The notes below the pieces were generated by a model. That model worked only from the letters and a program-made list of their open reading frames with translations. It was not told where the DNA came from and did not search any database. A program made the position numbers and the translations under genes. 64,000 bases of DNA from positions 21,178 through 85,177 of the forward strand of contig JAYPEX010000009.1 of the NCBI GenBank assembly GCA_038125995.1, in the 5' to 3' direction. Of the stretch, positions 58,616 to 64,000 are shown one piece after another (the stretch's first letter is position 1; each line of letters begins with the position of its first letter). The DNA comes from Flavobacteriaceae bacterium (GTDB lineage Bacteria > Bacteroidota > Bacteroidia > Flavobacteriales > Flavobacteriaceae).

Positions 58616-59370
58616 TCCTTATTTAAACAGTAATTAATTCCTCCTAATAGATGTTGGATAAAAGCAGGTTCAGAATAGGATTCTATCGTATGACCACCTC
58701 CAGTGTAGAAAGATCTTCCTCCTTCGAATTCGTGATACCAAGCGATAGGATGATTCGCTCCATTAGTACCTCCTTCATAAGTGTTCTCATCGAGATTTAA
58801 GATCACATTGATATCGGGATTGATTTGAGCGTAATTGTACCATTCATCGCTTCGAGTCCAATTGGATGGCAACTCTTTTGTAGAAGCGTGATTTGCATCT
58901 ACGACTTGAATCGTTGCTTCCCTAACGTTTGGATTATTGGGATGGCCATTAAAGTAAGCTCCTACTAGTTTTCCGTACCAAGGCCAACTGTATTCGGTGT
59001 CACAAGCAGCGTGAATTCCCATATAAGCACCTCCTTGTCGTATGTATTGCTCAAAAGCTTTTTGTTGTTCGTCATTGAGGACATCATAAGTTGTACTTAG
59101 AAAAATAACGAGGTTGTATTGTTTTAAATTTTCTGACTGAAACACAAAAGAATCTTCAGTTTGCACGAGATTAAAATCTCCTTCTTTTTCCAATTGACGC
59201 AGTGCATGAACACCAGATTCAATCGATTGATGTCTCCACCCCATAGTCTTGGTAAACACCAATACTTTGTGAGTGCGCTTTTTCTGTTTGATAAATTCTA
59301 CGGGTCCAGATTGAGCGTAACCAATAGCGATGGAACAAAAGAACAGTAAACTTGCGAGAATAGTTTTCAT
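58612..59370 (-). CDS. ThuA domain-containing protein (secreted)
   Basis: 252 aa with a signal peptide. VLVFTKTMGWRHQSI and GIHAACD are typical of the ThuA-like type-1 glutamine amidotransferase fold. Confidence 0.68.
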   Translation of the reverse strand: MKTILASLLFFCSIAIGYAQSGPVEFIKQKKRTHKVLVFTKTMGWRHQSIESGVHALRQLEKEGDFNLVQTEDSFVFQSENLKQYNLVIFLSTTYDVLNDEQQKAFEQYIRQGGAYMGIHAACDTEYSWPWYGKLVGAYFNGHPNNPNVREATIQVVDANHASTKELPSNWTRSDEWYNYAQINPDINVILNLDENTYEGGTNGANHPIAWYHEFEGGRSFYTGGGHTIESYSEPAFIQHLLGGINYCLNKD

Positions 59371-59377
59371 AATTCGT

Positions 59378-60271
59378 TCAATAGTAGTTGTTTAAGTTTT
59401 GTGAAAGTACATATTTTTTTGGAGTGGTACCGAATTTTTTCTTAAAGGCAGCGATAAAATGACTCGCTGTGGAGTAACCAATTCGCAGCCCCACTTCGTT
59501 GACATTGAGTTCTCCTTCACCCAAAAGTTTTCTGGAAAATTCCATTTTATAGTCGAATAAGAAGCCAAATACGGTATCACCATAGATTTGCTTAAATCCT
59601 TCTTTGAGTTTTTTTAAACTCAGGTCAATTTCCGATGAGAGCTCTTCTAATGATGGGGGTTCCGCCATACGTTCAATGATGATGGTTTTAGCTAATCGAA
59701 TCTTTTTGACATTTTCTTCATCTGCTAAAAAAGGACATTGAGCGAGTTGGGAGTCTTCATTTTTGCTAAAGTAAAGAGCCATGAGTTCGTATACTTTTGC
59801 CTTGGCATACAGGTCATTGATGCTTCCTCCATTTTTGTAATAGTAGAGTTGACTTAGAAGAACAGCAATAGCAGGACTAATAGGTTCCTGATTGTAGTAT
59901 TTTTTATTGTCGGTTCTCAAAAAGTGTATTTGATAGGCTTCAGAAGAAAACAGCGAATGAAATCTTTTAAGACTCATTACCAAAGAAATTAACCAGGAAG
60001 AAGGGTGTACAATCAAATCTAATGGTAAATCCTGTTGGGTGTTGTATAAAAGAGTTGAGTTTTCTTCCGTGGTAGCGAGTTGATAACTACCACCGTTAAA
60101 CTGAAAAATGGCAGAGCCTTTTAAACAGAAATGAAACTGAATATAGCTCTTGTCAATTTCATGTTTAAACTGTTGATTTTCAGATGAATTATTCGAAAAC
60201 TTCAACAGGTACACCTCCTTGTCAAGGACTGTTTTTTCAGCTGAACCTTGGGCGTTATTTTTCTTATCCAT
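59378..60271 (-). CDS. AraC family transcriptional regulator
   Basis: 297 aa. The C-terminus carries two HTH modules (PPSLEELSSEIDLSLKKLKEGFKQ ... VNEVGLRIGYSTASHFIAAFKKKFGTTP). It is divergent from hemA. Confidence 0.82.
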   Translation of the reverse strand: MDKKNNAQGSAEKTVLDKEVYLLKFSNNSSENQQFKHEIDKSYIQFHFCLKGSAIFQFNGGSYQLATTEENSTLLYNTQQDLPLDLIVHPSSWLISLVMSLKRFHSLFSSEAYQIHFLRTDNKKYYNQEPISPAIAVLLSQLYYYKNGGSINDLYAKAKVYELMALYFSKNEDSQLAQCPFLADEENVKKIRLAKTIIIERMAEPPSLEELSSEIDLSLKKLKEGFKQIYGDTVFGFLFDYKMEFSRKLLGEGELNVNEVGLRIGYSTASHFIAAFKKKFGTTPKKYVLSQNLNNYY

Positions 60272-60401
60272 AAGATTAGGAATTTGAAATTTGATAAATT
60301 ACCTTGACTTCATGTCTTTAATCGACCCTTGAAAGACCTTGTAAAATTAATCATTTTCAAGAAAATATCGCCAAAAAGACCAATTATATCTCACAACGAC
60401 A

Positions 60402-60417
60402 CTAAAAGTACTTTTAG
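60402..60417. promoter_or_regulatory. perfect 16-bp palindrome CTAAAAGTACTTTTAG upstream of the hemA promoter (candidate operator)
   Basis: Verified by hand as self-complementary. It ends 26 nt upstream of the -7 element at 60444. Confidence 0.35.
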
Positions 60418-60443
60418 CGTTATTTATGTTCTCTAAAGGGTTT

Positions 60444-60451
60444 TAAATTTG
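60444..60451 (+). promoter_or_regulatory. -7 promoter element (TAAATTTG) upstream of hemA
   Basis: Exact TAnnTTTG 14 nt before the hemA ATG. Confidence 0.45.
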
Positions 60452-60465
60452 TCCCTTGTCTGGAT

Positions 60466-61725
60466 ATGAAAAAGTATCACATTTCAAAATATCAAAGTTT
60501 TTATTGTATTGGCCTCAATTATAACAAGGCTGATGCGACCATCAGGGGTAAATTCAGTTTAAATCAAGATCAGGTTGTGGATTTGTTGGCTGATGCTAAG
60601 AAAATGCACACTGATGGTTTACTAGTCATCTCTACCTGTAATAGAACTGAATTGTTTGGCTTTGCTGAACATCCTTTTCAACTCATCAACATGCTCTGTT
60701 CTCATTCGAATGGAACAGTAGAAGAGTATAGAAATGTCGCTTATATTTATAAAAATCAAGAAGCCATTTCACATCTTTTTAGAGTAGGGACTGGATTGGA
60801 TTCTCAAATTTTAGGTGATTTTGAAATTATTGCTCAACTCAAAACAGCGTTCGCTCAATCAAAGAATAATGGATTGGCGAACCCATTTTTGGAGCGTCTT
60901 TGTAATTCAGTAATTCAGGCGAGTAAACGCATTAAGACCGATACTGAAATTTCTACTGGGGCTACATCTGTTTCTTTTGCCTCAGTTCAATACATTCTCA
61001 ACAATGTTGAAGATATTTCTAACAAGAATCTTTTGCTTTTTGGAACGGGTAAAATAGGAAGAAATACGTGTGAAAATCTTATCAAGCACACGGACAATTC
61101 ACATATCACCCTAATCAATAGAACGAAAGATAAGGCCGAAAAGATCGCTGTAAAATTTGATCTTGTCGTGAAAGACTACGGCGATTTAGCAGCTGAAATT
61201 AGAAAAACCGATGTGTTGATTGTCGCAACAGGAGCCAACCGCCCAACAGTATCGAAAGCCTTGATATTTAATAAGAAACCACTTTTAATTTTAGACTTAT
61301 CCATACCGAGAAACGTCGATGAAAATGTCAGCGAATGTGAGGGAGTCAGTTTGGTACATTTAGATGAACTTTCACAAATCACGAATCAGACCTTAAGTGA
61401 TCGAAAAAAACAATTACCTAAAGCTGAAGCAATTATTGAAGAAGTAAAAGCGGAATTTCATCAGTGGTTAGAGACCAGAAGATATGCTCCAGTGATCAAA
61501 GCTTTGAAGGATAAATTAATCCTGATGCAGGAAGAGGAATTAGATTTCCATTTCAAAAAGAACCATAGTTCTAGTGTAGAGGACGCTAAAGAAGTTTCAG
61601 ATCGAATCATTCAAAAAATCACCAAGCATTTTGCGGAGCACTTAAAAGATTCAGATATCAATCCGACACAATCTCTTGAAGTAATCTCCAAGGTTTTTCA
61701 ACTTAAGCAATCAATCCATGACTAA
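60466..61725 (+). CDS. hemA: glutamyl-tRNA reductase
   Basis: 419 aa with GLNYNKA, catalytic STCNRTE, GLDSQILGDFEI and the NADPH Rossmann motif FGTGKIG. Confidence 0.9.
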   Translation: MKKYHISKYQSFYCIGLNYNKADATIRGKFSLNQDQVVDLLADAKKMHTDGLLVISTCNRTELFGFAEHPFQLINMLCSHSNGTVEEYRNVAYIYKNQEAISHLFRVGTGLDSQILGDFEIIAQLKTAFAQSKNNGLANPFLERLCNSVIQASKRIKTDTEISTGATSVSFASVQYILNNVEDISNKNLLLFGTGKIGRNTCENLIKHTDNSHITLINRTKDKAEKIAVKFDLVVKDYGDLAAEIRKTDVLIVATGANRPTVSKALIFNKKPLLILDLSIPRNVDENVSECEGVSLVHLDELSQITNQTLSDRKKQLPKAEAIIEEVKAEFHQWLETRRYAPVIKALKDKLILMQEEELDFHFKKNHSSSVEDAKEVSDRIIQKITKHFAEHLKDSDINPTQSLEVISKVFQLKQSIHD

Positions 61726-62629
61726 CCCTATTCGAATTGGGACTCGCAAAAGTGAGTTAGCGCTTTGGCAAGCCCATAAAGTTAAATACCTATTAGAGGA
61801 GTTAGGTTATAAGTGTGAGTTAGTTCCAATTGAGTCGCAGGGAGATCTCAAATTAGATCGCCCCTTGTACGAGCTCGGAATCACAGGAGTTTTTACCAAG
61901 ACTTTAGATATTGCTCTCATTGAAAATAGAATCGATATAGCGGTTCATTCGATGAAAGATGTTCCAACTCAATTTGCAAAGGGACTTGTGAAGCTAGCTG
62001 TTTTAGAACGCGGGCAAACGGAAGATGTACTCATACACAAAGGAATAGATTTAGCTCAAAAAAATTTAACCATTGCTACTAGTAGTCTTAGGAGAAAGGC
62101 ACAGTGGCTTTCAAAATATCCGACCCATACTATTGTTGATATTCGAGGTAATGTGCAGACCAGACTTCAAAAGTTGGAAGACAACAATTGGGATGGAGCT
62201 ATTTTTGCAAAGGCTGGTTTAGCGCGTTTAAATCTCTTGCCAGAAAGAACTATAGAATTGGATTGGATGATGCCGGCGCCTGCTCAAGGAGCAATTGTTG
62301 TTCTCGGACATGAATCGAATAATGCTGTTGTAAAAGTCCTAAAGGCATTAAACGACGATCGAACCGATCGTTGTACTACTGTGGAGCGCAACTTTTTAAG
62401 AACCTTAGAAGGAGGTTGTACAGCACCTATTGGAGCCATTGCTCATATTGAAAATGACACATTACATCTCAAGGGATGTGTTTATAACACGGATGGCACT
62501 TCAAAATTTGTCATTGAAGATCAGATGCTCTTAAGCGCAACCTATGATTTGGGAAGAAAGGCAGCAATTGATTTACTGGCTAGTGGAGCAGATCAGTTGA
62601 TGGATCAAATCAAAAACAGCAACACATGA
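61718..62629 (+). CDS. hemC: hydroxymethylbilane synthase (porphobilinogen deaminase)
   Basis: 303 aa with IRIGTRKSELALWQA, HSMKDVP, RGNVQTRL and the cofactor Cys in LEGGCTAPIGA. Confidence 0.93.
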   Translation: MTNPIRIGTRKSELALWQAHKVKYLLEELGYKCELVPIESQGDLKLDRPLYELGITGVFTKTLDIALIENRIDIAVHSMKDVPTQFAKGLVKLAVLERGQTEDVLIHKGIDLAQKNLTIATSSLRRKAQWLSKYPTHTIVDIRGNVQTRLQKLEDNNWDGAIFAKAGLARLNLLPERTIELDWMMPAPAQGAIVVLGHESNNAVVKVLKALNDDRTDRCTTVERNFLRTLEGGCTAPIGAIAHIENDTLHLKGCVYNTDGTSKFVIEDQMLLSATYDLGRKAAIDLLASGADQLMDQIKNSNT

Positions 62630-63294
62630 GTTCTTTAAAACTACTTTCTACACGATTGCTTTTACCAGAAGAGCAATTAGCATTAGAAAATTTGGGATAC
62701 ACAGTTGATCAGTTGGCATCTATTGAGGTAGAACTCATTGATTTTGAGATGCCTAAAGTAGTTGAGAACGTCATTTTCACCTCTCAAAACGCTATCCAAT
62801 CCTTTTTAAAACACCCTTTGAGTTCAAAAATACGCTCCAAGGGCGTCAAGGCGTTTTGCGTAGGCAAAAAAACAGCCCAATTAGCTACGGATTCAGGCTT
62901 TAAAGGTCAATATTGGGCAAATAATTCAGGAGAATTAGCACAAATGATAACAGAAAATGATGCCACTTTATCATTTGTCTATTTTTCAGGATCGATATCC
63001 ATGCGTGCGTTGGTAGAGGGGTTCGATAAAGATGAGATCACCTATCAGGAAATTGTCGTTTATACTACAACTGAGACTTGTCCCAAACTAGAAAAACAGT
63101 ACGATCTGATGTTGTTTTTCTCCCCAAGTGGAGTGCGATCTATCAGTGCGAATAACGATATTTCAAAAACGGTAAAGGTTTGTATAGGACCGACAACAGC
63201 CAGAGAATTTAATACTGAAAATAACCTACTAATCGCTGAATATCCGCCTAGTTTTAATCATATGATTCAGGCTATAAAACAGTTTAAGCAATAA
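62626..63294 (+). CDS. hemD: uroporphyrinogen-III synthase
   Basis: 222 aa. Sequence conservation is weak but the size is typical, the position between hemC and hemE fits, and there is a FFSPSGV block. Confidence 0.72.
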   Translation: MSSLKLLSTRLLLPEEQLALENLGYTVDQLASIEVELIDFEMPKVVENVIFTSQNAIQSFLKHPLSSKIRSKGVKAFCVGKKTAQLATDSGFKGQYWANNSGELAQMITENDATLSFVYFSGSISMRALVEGFDKDEITYQEIVVYTTTETCPKLEKQYDLMLFFSPSGVRSISANNDISKTVKVCIGPTTAREFNTENNLLIAEYPPSFNHMIQAIKQFKQ

Positions 63295-63297
63295 GAG

Positions 63298-64000
63298 ATG
63301 ACATTAAAAAACGATTTATTTTTAAGAGCTTTAAAGGGAGAAACCGTAGAGCGTCCACCAGTATGGATGATGCGTCAGGCTGGAAGATATTTACCAGAGT
63401 TCATGGAAATAAGAGAGAAATACGATTTCTTCACCAGATGCAGAACTCCAGAATTAGCTTCTGAAATCACCGTTCAACCGATTCGACGTTATGGAATGGA
63501 CGCTGCTATTTTGTTTTCTGACATTCTGGTAATTCCTCAAGCGATGAATATAGAGGTTCAAATGAAACCTAATTTTGGACCTTATTTGCCAAACCCTATT
63601 CGAAGTCAAAAAGATGTTGATGCGGTATTAGTTCCCAATGTTCATGAAGAATTGGGATATGTGATGGAGGCTATTAAACACACTAAAGAACTTTTAAACG
63701 ATGAAGTTCCATTGATTGGTTTTGCAGGTTCTCCTTGGACCATTTTGTGCTACTGTGTACAAGGACAAGGATCGAAAAATTTTGATATTGCCAAGTCTTT
63801 TTGTTTTTCACAGCCGCTAGCAGCTCATGCATTACTCCAAAAGATAACCGATACGACTATTGCTTATCTCAAAGCCAAGGTTGAAGCTGGAGTTGATGCG
63901 GTTCAAGTTTTTGATTCCTGGGGAGGAATGTTAGCGCCTGATGATTATTCTGAATTTTCTTGGAAGTACATTCAACAAATCATCGATGCTTTAAAGGATC
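63298..64000 (+). CDS. hemE: uroporphyrinogen decarboxylase (N-terminal part; continues past the window end)
   Basis: Not in the ORF track because there is no stop in the window. My own translation gives [35 protein letters not shown]...FFTRC...[19 protein letters not shown], the HemE signature. Confidence 0.9.
   Translation, partial: MTLKNDLFLRALKGETVERPPVWMMRQAGRYLPEFMEIREKYDFFTRCRTPELASEITVQPIRRYGMDAAILFSDILVIPQAMNIEVQMKPNFGPYLPNPIRSQKDVDAVLVPNVHEELGYVMEAIKHTKELLNDEVPLIGFAGSPWTILCYCVQGQGSKNFDIAKSFCFSQPLAAHALLQKITDTTIAYLKAKVEAGVDAVQVFDSWGGMLAPDDYSEFSWKYIQQIIDALKD

Overview
This 64 kb window is low-GC chromosomal DNA, almost certainly from a member of the Flavobacteriia (Bacteroidota). Evidence for that assignment: a GldH lipoprotein, a SprE/PorW-like TPR lipoprotein, a Bacteroidetes-type sdhCAB, an atp operon without atpDC, and TAnnTTTG '-7' promoter motifs in front of many genes. 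The content is nearly all core housekeeping: five translation and tRNA enzymes (glnS, gltX, trpS, mnmG, ybeY), rnpA, rnr, pgk, purD, rfbBCD, atpBEFHAG, dut, recA, PBP1A, sdhCAB, hemACDE and one tRNA-Cys. I see no mobile elements, CRISPR arrays, defence islands or obvious horizontally acquired cargo, and I cannot honestly point to a clear novel multi-gene system. Five observations are worth a second look. (1) The same perfect 16-bp palindrome, TGTTCCACGTGGAACA, occurs on both sides of mnmG and matches the ParB-binding parS consensus. (2) A 558-bp very AT-rich gap between divergent genes carries a cluster of DnaA-box-like 9-mers. Together with rnpA, mnmG and parS, this suggests the window covers or lies next to oriC. 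(3) Two conserved genes flanking trpS, dprA and plsC, are each interrupted by a single in-frame TAA. (4) A LysE-family ORF has no stop codon before a bidirectional terminator and runs antisense into tRNA-Cys. (5) A 16-bp perfect palindrome sits just upstream of the hemA promoter, between hemA and a divergent AraC regulator. All functional calls come from reading the translated ORFs and recognising motifs. No database search was run.
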